Source of the DNA: Vitrella brassicaformis CCMP3155
Taxonomy: Eukaryota > Protista > Chromerida
Length of the DNA stretch: 38,257 bases
Reading direction: 5' to 3'
Assembly: GCA_001179505.1 (NCBI GenBank)
Contig: CDMY01000634.1
Location: 1 to 38,257 of the forward strand
Shown: positions 1-10,493 of the stretch, piece after piece
Position numbering within the stretch: the first letter of the stretch is position 1
Layout: every line of letters begins with the position of its first letter
Position numbers and translations under genes: made by a program
Notes under the pieces: model-generated
Databases searched by the model: none
What the model was told of the DNA's origin: nothing
The model's input: the letters and a program-made list of their open reading frames with translations, nothing else

Positions 1-330
1 ATAGCTCACTGCCATACAAGTATACGGGCGCAACAGTAGCATCATACAGTTGAAAACGAGTCTGAAGATCAAGAGGGGGTAGCTGACGAAGGCGCCGTCG
101 ATGCAACGCCAAGGCAGCTACCCCCTTCGCGGTCATCATCTCTATATGATGCTTCCATCCGCCCTTCTCATGAAACCACATGCCCTTGAACTCATCGCAG
201 CGGTGCTGCTTGCATAGCCATCGCCTCGGGCATGACCTTGGCCACAGCTGCTTTCAATTTGGTGCTGCCATTGCATAGTAGATGCGATTAATTGAGCAGG
301 AAATCATGCATGAGTCTGGCAGTGTGTGAA
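1..330 (-). mobile_element. Degenerate non-LTR retrotransposon (LINE-type) reverse transcriptase C-terminal fragment, running off the window start
   Basis: My minus-strand translation of about 200->1 reads DEFK-GMWFHEKGGWKHHIEMMTAKGVAALALHRRRLRQLPPLDLQTRFQLYDATVAPVYLYGSEL. This resembles the post-RT pattern of non-LTR elements (FKYLG..W..HI..KA..L..LY..V.P.L.YG.E.W). The YL of FKYLG is missing, and stops and frameshifts lie upstream. The upstream boundary is approximate. Confidence 0.6.
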
Positions 331-379
331 TCATGTATACAACAAAGCAAGTCACACGAGTGGTCCCTTGCTCGCAGAT

Positions 380-760
380 ATAAAATGCAGGCAACGATAA
401 ACCCTTCTGCTCGTTCCATTCCCTCTGCCTCATCGTTGTCCGCCTCAATGATTGAAGGAAGTGACATCCAGCTCGCTCATTCGTCGATATCCTCGACACC
501 AACACCCGCCCCGTAATAAACCCTCTTCCTCTCCATCCCAATAGCCACGGGGAATAGCCTTGCCTGCCTTGGCTCTTCAGACATGAAGGCATCCTCTCCT
601 TCATCACCCGAAACAAGAGTGAAGACGGACGTGTCGTCGGGCACATTCTCATCGATGTCTGCGGGGGGCGCGCGGCGATGGGGGAAGATGGCACGCGGCG
701 TGACGCCTGGCCAAGCAAATCCCTTCTCATCGAAATTCAAAGGATCGGCATCCACAAAAC
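380..760 (-). pseudogene. Possible degenerate actin-fold (actin/Arp-like) N-terminal fragment
   Basis: Three motifs occur in actin order: KGFAWPGVTPRAIFP (actin KAGFAGDDAPRAVFP), VAIGMERKRVYYG (VMVGMGQKDSYVG) and, after a stop and frameshift, WNEQKGLSLPAFY (WDDMEKIWHHTFY, same W-x10-FY spacing). This is motif resemblance only. Confidence 0.3.
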
Positions 761-790
761 TGAAAGAACAGAACAAGGAACAGATGACCT
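753..790. repeat. 38-bp imperfect direct repeat, copy 1 (copy 2 at 1685-1722)
   Basis: CACAAAACTGAAAGAACAGAACAAGGAACAGATGACCT vs CACAAAACTGAACGAACAGAATAAGGAACAGATGACCT; 36/38 identical, with unrelated flanks. Confidence 0.9.
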
Positions 791-1684
791 ACATCTTTTT
801 TCCCCTTCCACAATTCCACGCTGTGTCTTGCGTACTGTCTCCTTGCTCTCCGAGGCGGCTGACGGACACGCCCTCTCCTTGTCTCACGCCTCTCTCCCGC
901 CGCCAGAATACCGCTGAGCTGTTGGAGGGGCTCGAAATGCCGCTCCTCGTGGCCACAAGGTATGGTCTTGTCGCCCAGGGCGGCAGGTGTGAGAGGTGGG
1001 GCGATAGCAGGGGGGCTCTCATATGGCGGTGGTGACACCGTGTCGCTTTCCTCGTTGTCCCCTTCCCCATCTCGATCTTCAGTGCCAGTCTTGTTGACCG
1101 GTTGGGTGGCGAGCGGCGGCCTCAGGGGAGAGGGAGGGGGAGAGAGAGTGTGCCATGGCTCATGGTCTAGGGCCATGGCTTGTCGTGTGAATGTTGCTGG
1201 GGCAGTTGGAGTGCTCTCGGCCTGTTGACTCCTGGCGGCCACCGCCGAATCGTCTTCTGACAAGTACACAAAAAGTCCAAGAGAGTCATGCATTTCGTGT
1301 GTCACGCAGCAGTCCCTCCTACCTCTGCCTTCATCTTCTCTGCCGACAGATGCCTGGCCTGTTGGCTGATCGATGTGCACCATCGCCAGACGGCAGCATG
1401 CCATGCCATGCCATGCCATGGATGTGTCGGGTGACTGCCTGGTGTTGCTGCTGCTGCTGGTACACGTTGTCGCGCTGGAGTATGGTGATGGGCTGGGGGA
1501 TCCCCGGCCGATAGGCGTAGTGTGTGTGAGGGTTGGTAGGAGGCACGGGCACCTGCAGCACATACACGAACACGCGAGAAGGTCTGTGGCGTGGCTGTGG
1601 CGTGTGCGGCGTTGGCTGCCTGACAGACCGGGCACTGTCCATTGAACGACTGCATGGACGCAGCAGCCTGCTGGTCGGGCACAG

Positions 1685-1722
1685 CACAAAACTGAACGAA
1701 CAGAATAAGGAACAGATGACCT
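1685..1722. repeat. 38-bp imperfect direct repeat, copy 2 (copy 1 at 753-790)
   Basis: 36/38 identical to 753-790. Confidence 0.9.
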
Positions 1723-2039
1723 TTTTTGAAATCTCTCTGTGACGGCATTATAAACCTGGGCTCTGAAGGGGAAGTGCTCGACCTTCACTTCTTTCTTGGC
1801 AGTGGGAGGGTTGCTCGTTTTTGCAGCCTTGGCAGCTGCTGGCACATGGTGTCGGTCCCGCATGTCGGCGTGTCTCCTCTCTCGCACCTCCGCCTGCCCT
1901 CGCTCCCATGGCGAATGTCGATATCCTGCTCGGCTGTCTCCTGCTGGGCGAGATCACTGCAAGCAATACAGAATGGCACTCTGTGTCGCTGTATGTCTCG
2001 TCCTGTTCTGGGTGTTTGTCTGACTAACCCATGATCTCT

Positions 2040-2950
2040 CCTTCTCTGTCTTGAGCACAATGCTGTGCAGCTCCTTTGCCGTCGGCCGCTTGGCCGGATC
2101 GCGGTCAAAGCCTCGCATCACTGCCTCACGCAGACGCTTGGACATGTCCCAACGGGCGTACTTGGCAGTGAAGGCGCGCGGCGTGCAGCCATCACTGCAA
2201 AGCTCCCACAACTGCTTTGCCCAGACCTCCGCGATGGACAGGCACCTCCGCGATGGACAGGCACAGCGCATAGATGTAGCAGGAGAGGTCAAAAATGAGG
2301 CACTCCCTGTCGGGTGTATTGTTGACTTCTGGGGGCAGTGCGACTTGGTGATGCCCGTCCTCTTCTTCGTCCGCAGCTTAGGCCATTCAACTGGACACCG
2401 CTTGCAAAGTCGATGATCTTCACGTGGAGGGCTGGGGTGCACATGAAGTTCTGCGGCTTTATACCTGAGACACAGACAGACAAACAGACACAGAGACGCA
2501 GATCGATTTCGACAAGGGTCTCCTGCATTGTGTAAGCCGCTCATCCAGACTCACCCCTGTGCAGCATCTGCCCGCACTCGTGGCTGTGGAGGTGGGCGAT
2601 TGATGACGTCATCTGCCTCGAGGAGCTGGTCGACCGTCAGATCCCGCATCCCCAAGGCCCCCAAGGGTCTGCCCCTTGATGTACTCGAGGTATACCCTGC
2701 GGCCCAGCAGGTCCATACGAGGACCAAGCACCATCACCACATTCGGGTGGCGTCTCGCCACTGCAAGAAGCTTGGCCTCTTGCGCCGCCTGGGACGCGGT
2801 GGGTTGGGCAGCATTCTCGCTCGCTCTCAGGGCCGAGAGGTGGCCTGTGGCCTTCCCGCGGGCTGTGGACCGGAGCGGGACGACGAACGTCAGTCGGCGA
2901 CGCACTAGGAGGGGCTGGAAGGCCAGCGAGAGAGAGAGGAGGGCCACGAC
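2040..2950 (-). pseudogene. Protein kinase pseudogene (frameshifted, catalytic motifs altered)
   Basis: Subdomains appear in order across several frames: EAKLLAVARRHPNVVMVLG..VYLEYIKG, HLHSHECGQMLHR|GIKPQNF (GT-AG intron 2465-2554, HRD->HRG), VKIIDFASG, LPPE, IYALCLSIAEVW, AVMRGFDRDPAKRPTAKEL. There are several frameshifts, one caused by a 19-bp tandem duplication at 2225-2262. Confidence 0.75.
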
Positions 2951-3885
2951 GACCGAGAAGGACTCGAGCGACTGAAACCCAAGTCCCCCAGTGGATCCGC
3001 TAACAGCTCAATGCACCCCAGCAGGAATTCGAGGAACGACTTGCACTTCTCCTGTGTGTTGGCCTCTCCGTCTGGAGCGCCGCCATGGAGGTTTGACGCT
3101 GCACCTTGTGGCCGAAGAGAGCGACTAGACGGGCAGGGAAAAAGCCGAAAGTTCCGCGAGGGGGCGGGCAGGCGGCGGGGCAGGAGGGAGCACCCGTGCG
3201 AAGGGGAGAAAAAAGGAAAGGAAAAAACCTCTGACGAGGGCGGAGAAACTCAGAACAAGGCAGCATTGCGGACATTGTCCTGAACTGCACTCGGAAATCC
3301 ACTTTTTTGGTCCCGTCTCCAGGGAGACGGCGAGATTTCGAATTCTCGACGCGATCGTTGGCCTTAAAGCTTGCGCAAGGCTGGTCTTGCCTCCCCTTCT
3401 TTGATAAGATCCGCCTATCGCCGCAGCCTTCACAGCATAACGCTCGTTGAGCACTCGTTGAGCCGGCGCGTTCATCCCGTGTTTCAACCAGGACGGCACC
3501 TACGCCTGCCGCCTCAAGACAATTTGCCTCAAGATGACCACCAAGGTAGGCAACAAAGCGAGATAGAGGCAGCATGTCTTCGCTTTCCTGTAGCTCGGAC
3601 TCGTCTCGTGTACATACATACATTTCGATGTCTGTGTGTTGCGAGCCAGCCGAGATCTTTGTCGTCCCATCTCCTCACAAATACACACATACACACGGGC
3701 ACATAGTTGCATGCATCCATCCGCCAGACAGATATATACACCCACCCACCGACCCACCCACCCACTACACATGCATCCCGACTGACTGACCAGCTGGCAC
3801 TAATTCACCCACAAATAGGTAGCTAGAAAACAGCAAGCAATTATACGTCTGTCTTTCCGCCGGCCAGTATACTACCATTTATCCA

Positions 3886-6171
3886 TCACCCTGCACCTCT
3901 CTTGGTCGTCTCCATCTCGCCTTCTTTCTCATCTTCAGCAGCACCCTTACCCTGTTGCTGCACACCGTCCACAGTGCCCTCAGCAGGGAGGGCCACACCG
4001 TCCACGGCAGGCAGAGAGGGGAAGGGCACCACACGATGGCGTGGCTTCCTCTCCTGCCCTCTCCCACCTGCACCATCACCAGTAGCAGCATCGGATCCAG
4101 TGGCCTCTCTCTCCTTGTCTGCCCGCCGCCGCTTGTGTCCGCTGCTATACAGCTCCTGCTGCTGGCCCTCTGACATTCCTGAAATGGGGCGCATCGGCGT
4201 CTCGGGAAACAGACCGGTGCGCATTGGGGTGGGCTGTGGCTCTGCCATGGCTGCTGGGTGGTCGTCTGAGGGGAGGCTTTGTGTGCGTTTGGATGGCGTA
4301 AGGAGGTCGGTGAAGAGGCCTCGGGGTGCCGCTGGTGGTGGGGCTGATGGAACGGGGGGAGATCCCTTGTCCTCCTTGTCATTGATAACCTGCACCACAC
4401 ACAGTGAGAGTGAGCTTCCATGCTCATTTATGTGTCCCCGTCGGCCTGTGTTCTCACATTCTCAAGTTGTTCGGGCGGTGCAAATCGGACCTTGACCTTC
4501 TTCCGCTTCTTGTGCCGCTTGGACGAGTCCCCTCCACTCTGCGACCGCGAGCTGAGGTCCTCACCCGAGTCAGCACTGACCCTCACGCCCTCCCTAGACG
4601 CGTCGCGCGACATGTCTGCCGGCGCCTCCGAGGCCACGTAGTCTACGTCCATGGCTGTATACAGCACACAGAAAGGACACAGACACGCATCTGCGGGTGT
4701 GTGTGCCCATTCGTCTCACTCACATGTGCCGCTGTTCCTTCTGGACCCGGCTGCCGCTGCTGCTGCTGCTGATGACGGCCTCCTACTGGAGTTCCTCTGC
4801 AGTAGCCCTATGTGCGGCGTCGACCCCTGTGACGCCACCCGGCCCGTCGGCGAGACCGACGGCGTGCTCTGCTCCCCATCTCCGCCATTCGCAGACACAC
4901 TCGAGTGCACACTGCTGACGTGACTCAGCCCGAAGGCAAACGGCAACCGGTCGACGGCAAATGAGGCCGGCAGGTCCATCTCGCGCGGCAGCTCAGGTGC
5001 TGAGACCATGGCGGCGGGGTGAGATGGCTCGTCTGTGGGCAACGAGGGGGGCGTGACCTCGTGGGGGGCCAGCACGCTGGGAGATGAGTTGAGCAAGCTG
5101 GACGAAGGTTGGTGAGAGGAGAGAGGGGGGCTGTCGGGGTTCATTGGCCCTACACCACCATTGGCAGCAGTGGCAGCAGGGGGGAGACCCATCGACGTGG
5201 TCAGGACGGGGCTGGCGCGGCGATTCAACTCGGTGTTCAGCAGCAAAAGCGGGTCGGGCTCCTCTTCATCGTCTTCATCTGTTGCCTCACCACCACCACC
5301 CCGGCTTCGTGTGCTGCCACGTTGCAGGGCCTGCCGCAAGAGGTCGGCCGTGTTGACGAAGTCGCCTTTCAACAGGTAACGGCGAGAAGAGTTACCTGAG
5401 GCACCCCCACGCAGAGAGAGAAAGCGGCAGGAAGATGAGAAGACGGTCTGACACTTGGAGGACGGTTTACGCTCACTGACCGAGTCTCAGGGCCATTCCC
5501 TGCTGGTAGAGTGTTGGCGTGCGTGCCTCCAGACGCAAACTGTCCAGAAACGTGCCGTGCGCTGCATGGATGAGGGCATCAAGGTCACGGCATATGAGCG
5601 ACTGATGGACAGGTGAGGAAGGCCTTACTTGATCCGAGGTCCATGACGAAGACAGACCCATTGTAATGATGCAGAATGGCTGCGTGGCACCGACTCGTGG
5701 CTGCAACGCACACACGCAAATGGCTATTGGTGTGCTTCGATGCGATGCGGGGGTGGCATCTGCCCTGTGCGCTGTGGCTGCTGACAGTCGTGCTCAGTAA
5801 TGATGTCATTCTCGGTCCTGTTGCGGCCGATGAGGTAACACCTGGACAGACAGCCAGCCAGCCAGACGGACAGTCAGTCAGCCATGCGTCCACATCTGCA
5901 TCTCCATCTGCCTGTGCGTGAGTGTGTGTGACCTCTTTTGGTTGATAGGGATTGTTTCTGTGTTTTGATTGGCCTTCCACACCTCTGAAACAAACCAACA
6001 CACAAAAACACAAAACAGCGTGAATGAATTTCGGTTGTGTTCTTCACAGAAAGGCCTCCTTGCCCCTTGGTCCTCACCGAGCCAGACATTGGTGGCAGGG
6101 GTTTCGCACCACCGGGGCACTCTCAGCGTAGATCCAGCCTTGCCGCCCTTCTGCTGTTGATCCTCATCCAT
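3886..6171 (-). CDS. PPP1R8: NIPP1/PPP1R8-like FHA-domain PP1 regulator (8 exons; 3' end somewhat uncertain)
   Basis: The spliced FHA domain reads WLEVWKANQNTETIPINQKRCYLIGRNRTENDIITEHDSTSRCHAAILHHYNGSVFVMDLGSTHGTFLDSLRLEAR..LRLGNSSRRYLLK, with phase-consistent GT-AG introns. A later basic patch plus RVxF motif (KRHKKRKKVKVRFAPPEQLENVIN) parallels NIPP1 KRKRKNSRVTF. ATG at 6169-6171 (an in-frame ATG at 6261 is an alternative start). TGA at 3886, though splicing to an exon at about 3000-3634 is not excluded. Confidence 0.8.
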
Positions 6172-6500
6172 CTCTGTCCCATTGATCTCACCAGGGGCTC
6201 TGCGGCTCTCATTGATAGCGGCTGAAAGGGCTGACGACGGCTGGCTGGGCTCAGAATGCATCGTTTGCAGTTCACTCAGTCATTGTGCAGCGTCACCGCG
6301 CCTACAATGAAGCTCCAAGCTCGCAAATAGGCTAGGGTGCTTCCTGAAATCGCTGCAGCGGCAGGGAAAGAAAAATTTGTGGTTTTCCCCTTCCCAGGCC
6401 TCCCGTAGGGCCTCGAGTTGATAGCGTTGCACCAGCATTCATCCCGGCCGTTGCACACCATGGCGTGTTGCTGCTGGGCGTGATAGGAGTTCTGTTTGCC
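6172..6500. promoter_or_regulatory. Putative bidirectional promoter NIPP1-like / Fpg (329 bp)
   Basis: Microsatellite-free spacer between divergent ATGs; contains AGCTCGCA at 6318-6325. Confidence 0.6.
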
Positions 6501-8591
6501 ATGCCTGAGCTGCCTGAGGTTGAGAGGGCCAGGCGGCTGGCTGCGGCTGCGCTGGAGGGAAAGGTGGTCAAGGAGGCCAGGACCACTGAAGACGAGGTCA
6601 GTTCAAGTCGGGGGTTGACTTCAGTGGGTGGTGCAAACAGGCACTGTTCGCACGTGGTCAGATTGTGTGTGTGTGTGTGGTCTGTCAGATTGTGTTTGAT
6701 GGGGTAGATCACGCCGAGTTTGCGCGTCGGATGACGGGCAAGAGGATAGTCAAGATTGGCAGGAAGGGCAAGCAGCTGTGGTTCGAATGCGACAAGTGAG
6801 CCAGCAGCACAGACCGACCAATGGGCAACAGCGTCCTAATGGTGTGTTGTGTTGTGCGCAGGGCGCCTCACCCGACGTTCCACTTCGTATGCACGATGCG
6901 GCCACACACAGACGTGCAGACAAGCTGATGGAATGGCCATTTCTCTCTCTCTCTCTCTCTGTGCATGTGTGTGTGTGTGTGCGTGTGTGTGTGTCAGGGT
7001 ATGACGGGCAGCTTTGCGGTCAAGGGCGGCGAAGTGTAAGCAACACACCAACTGCCACACACAACCGCACTTGTCATCCCCCACCTCTCGATTGGGGTCG
7101 GGTCGCTAAACTCAGGGCTTATTACAAGTCCTTCTCTGTCGACACGGAGAACTGGCCACCAAAGTTCTGGAAAGTAGAGCTGGAGATGGACGGTACGCAG
7201 GCCGCAGCACAAATCAGATGACTGACGCATTTGGTATGCGTGTTGGTTTGGCTGCTGCTGTCTGCTGCAGACGGCACGTTGTTTGCGTTCATGAACATCC
7301 GTCGGCTGGGCCGCATTCGGCTGCTGGACGACCCACTCAGCCACAAATCCATATCGGGTGGGTGAGGTGACACCAATCAAAGAGAGAGAGAGACAGCAAG
7401 CGCAATTGTCGGGTGGTTTCCCTTCTCTCCTGTCAGAGCTCGGCTTTGACCCGCTGACGGAGATGATGCCAGGTCAGTCGGGAGAGTGAGTAACCAGCGT
7501 TTTCGTTTATGGATGATCCGATCCGCGGATGCATTGTCTGTCCTCTTCTCCTCATCAGTCTCTGATTTCGTGTCTGCCATCCGTCGCCGTCACGCGCCCA
7601 TCAAGGCGGTGCTGCTGGACCAATCCCTAGCCGCTGGCGTCGGTAAGCAGGCCACACACACACACACACACACACAAACCGTTTGTGTGTGTCAACACAA
7701 ACAGGCAACTGGATCGCTGACGAGGTGTTGTACCAGGCGAGGGTGCATCCCGGCACCGTGGGGTCCGTCATGACCGACGAGGAGATCACCCGAGTGCACG
7801 ACAGCCTCGACAACGTCATACGCACGGCGTGCGACGCCAACGCCGACAGCGATAAGGTACGTACCACAGGCAGGCGCATATGCACTCGTACTGTATTTGT
7901 GTGTGTGTGTGTGTGTGTTGTGTGTACGCCCTGCCCTGCAGTTCCCCCAGTCGTGGTTGTTTCACTACCGTTGGTCTGTGAAGGACGCCGGCAACGCCAA
8001 AGACGCCAACAACCAAACCATCAAATTCGAAAAGGTACTTACTTGCCGACATTTCTGCGTGGACGCATCGCATCCATTTGTGAGTCTGCGTTGATGTGGA
8101 TGTGTGTGTGCGTGTAGGTGGGCGGCCGGACTTCGGCGTACGTGCCGGCCGTCCAGGGCGCGGCGGGCCGCAAGAGGACTCCCAAGAAGGGCGGCAAGAA
8201 AAAGAGTGCGGCCGACGCGGCAGAGGACGACGACGAGCTCGAGGACGGCGAGGCGGACAACAACCAAGACCCCAACGAAGATGAGGATAGGAAGAGCAGG
8301 GGCAAGAACAAGCGCAAGCAGCCCTCGGCAGCAGAGGTGCCCCTCCCCTCCCTGCACGAGTTGGCGAATGCGATAGTAGCTGCCGGTAGTGACGAGGCTG
8401 CCTTGGCTGCCGTGCGTGAGATGGCGCAACGCGTCGTCGACAGCGCACCCAAGGGCAGCGGGGCGGCGAGGCCCAAGGCCAAGAGGGCGCGCAAGGGCAA
8501 GAAGGAGGAGGACAACGGGGTGGGGGAGGGGGCGGCAATGGGTGTGGGGAGTGGTGTTGATTTCAGCGCCAGTGTGGAGCGTGCCGAGTGA
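6501..8591 (+). CDS. FPG: Formamidopyrimidine-DNA glycosylase (Fpg/MutM), plant/fungal zinc-less type, 10 exons
   Basis: N-terminal MPELPEVE (catalytic Pro/Glu), GRKGKQLWF, FHFGMTG, WPPKFWK, RRLGRIRL, ELGFDPL, H2TH region [54 protein letters not shown]. All introns are GT-AG and in phase. It ends in a K/E-rich low-complexity tail. Confidence 0.96.
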
Positions 8592-9320
8592 CGGGTGGGG
8601 GCAGGAAAAGTGGGATGTAGATACGTACGTACGAGCTGAGGCGGTCGGTGCGGTGTATGAATGCAATGCATGTACGTGGCTTAGATGAGATGCCCTCGTG
8701 GCCAAGCCATGAGAGGGAGGCGCAGTCGCCTTTTCGACTGGGTGACAGACAGACCAACGGCTGGCTGTTGACGTTGAAACGTGAATTCAGGTATGAAAGG
8801 CACGTGTGAGTGAGTGACGGAGGGAGGGAGCACATCCAATTGATTGAAACACTTGTTGAGCGACACAACCCACGACGAGACAGGGTGTGGTGTCTGGTGA
8901 CATGACATACGCACGCAATCACTCTCACACAAACTTGGGTCGTCCACTCGGGATTGTCGCAAGTAGATCGACGAGCAAGGGTCTGTGTCGGCCCGCGTCT
9001 CTCGTCGCGACAAACCACAGTGACACGATAGGCAGGCAGTCAACGGGACACAAACAAACTATCCAGCAAACACACGGATGTCACTCACGGAACGCAAAGA
9101 GACCTGCCCTGACCTGATTCGATCCATGTGTTGTCCATCACTCACTCACTCGTGAGTGTGCGAGTGGACAACCGACCGGTCACTCACACTCAATGATCCA
9201 GTGTACACGAGCCATCCCATCTCCAGTCGGCAAAATCGCCAACCAACACGACCACCCGCTGACTGCCACGCCCTCACAGAGAGACGCTCTACACGCCCTT
9301 CTCCCCCCCTCCCTCCCTCG

Positions 9321-10493
9321 CTACGCCTTCTTCCCTTCTGCAGGCTTGGCACCAGCACCAGCAGCAGGCGGCTCCTTCTTACCCTTGGCCTCAGTTTGTT
9401 CTGGCTGCGTTGGCTTGGCCTTGGCGTCCTCGAGTTTCTTCTGCGGCTCGGGGATGAACTCGGCCTGCTTGGGCAGCTGCTTGGGCTGCGCCTCGATGGA
9501 CTCGATGATGGGTCGGCGGGATGCGAGGTCCATCTTGACGGTGATCGAGGGGCCCTTGCCGGCCTTGGCCTTCTGCCGCTGGTACTCCTTGTGCTCGGGC
9601 TTGTCCGAGGGGAGGAACCCCTCACGCATCAGACGCTCACGCTCCTCGGGCAGCGGAGTGCCGGACGTCAGCTTGCCGTCAAACAGGTGCATACCTGACG
9701 AACAAGGACCAGACCAGACAGACAGACAGACGTACGAGCAGAGAGAGAGGCGGACAGTGTTCGTGTGTGTGGGTACCCACCTTCCATGGGTGGCGGCCAT
9801 CCTCTCTGTTCGATGCCGATGTCGGGCCGCTTGTAGCCCTCGACGCTCTTGGGCTGCGAGTAGTCGCCGGGCGGCATGGCCATGACCTCACGCCGGATCT
9901 CCTCGAGCTGGGCCTTGTCCTTAAGGAGTCGGTCCAGGTAGCCGGGGCGCTCGATGTACTCGAGCTCGATCATGTTGACCGGCAAATCGTGGTCCACCGC
10001 TATCTGCGCCTTCTGCAACACACACACACAGGGCAGTGCAGGTGGGGCTATGCTGCGGTGTGTGGTGTGTGGTGCGGGTCTTCCTTTCTGACCCGAGCGA
10101 GTTCGTCATCGAATTCGGCGAAGGCGTCGACGTGCTCCTGGGTGAGGTGGCCGCGCCACATGACTATCGGCCCCAGCTCAGTCAAACGAGCTATGGCCAT
10201 CACACCTGCACACCAGCGCGAACAACCGCAAACCACAGCACAGCACAGCGCGGCACAGCAACAGACAGATGGAGCGATTTGGGCTCGTGCAGGTACGTGT
10301 GTGTGTGCGTGACTGCCGCTGACTGACTGACTGGCTGACCAGGGTGGCTGATGAAGGTGAGCTTCTGATCTTGGACTCCGAACGACACCATGCAGTCAGG
10401 CACCTTCTCCCGGGGGGGCGCTTTCGACGCTGGCTGCGGTGGCGCCTTGGCCACCGCTGTGCTGCTCGCCCGACGCACTAAGGCACGAAACAT
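9321..10493 (-). CDS. Hypothetical protein with mitochondrial-type presequence (4 exons, about 290 aa)
   Basis: Splices in phase: MFRALVRRASSTAVAKAPP..KLTFISHP|GVMAIARLTELGPIVMWRGHLTQEHVDAFAEFDDELAR|KAQIAVDHDLPVNMIELEYIERPGYLDRLL..GWPPPME|GMHLFDGKL..GKKA*. The N-terminus is Arg/Ala/Ser-rich and lacks acidic residues. I do not recognise the family. Confidence 0.8.

Noticed and set aside
860-900. GVRQG motif suggesting the LINE RT extends to about 900
   Set aside because: It lies about 230 codons from the FK(YL)G motif, roughly twice the usual spacing, and sits in GA-rich sequence; probably chance.
727-1887. 386-aa minus-strand ORF as an intact gene, and a possible RING finger (GHLF...CPVCQ) in the 1302-1748 frame
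   Set aside because: Low-complexity sequence crossing (CATGC)n repeats with no coherent domain; most RING Cys/His ligands are missing.
3000-3634. Long open frame and a GGKTSLAQAL Walker-A-like string in an overlapping frame
   Set aside because: No Walker B or other NTPase context. It could be an extra NIPP1-like exon or a relic, but the evidence is insufficient.
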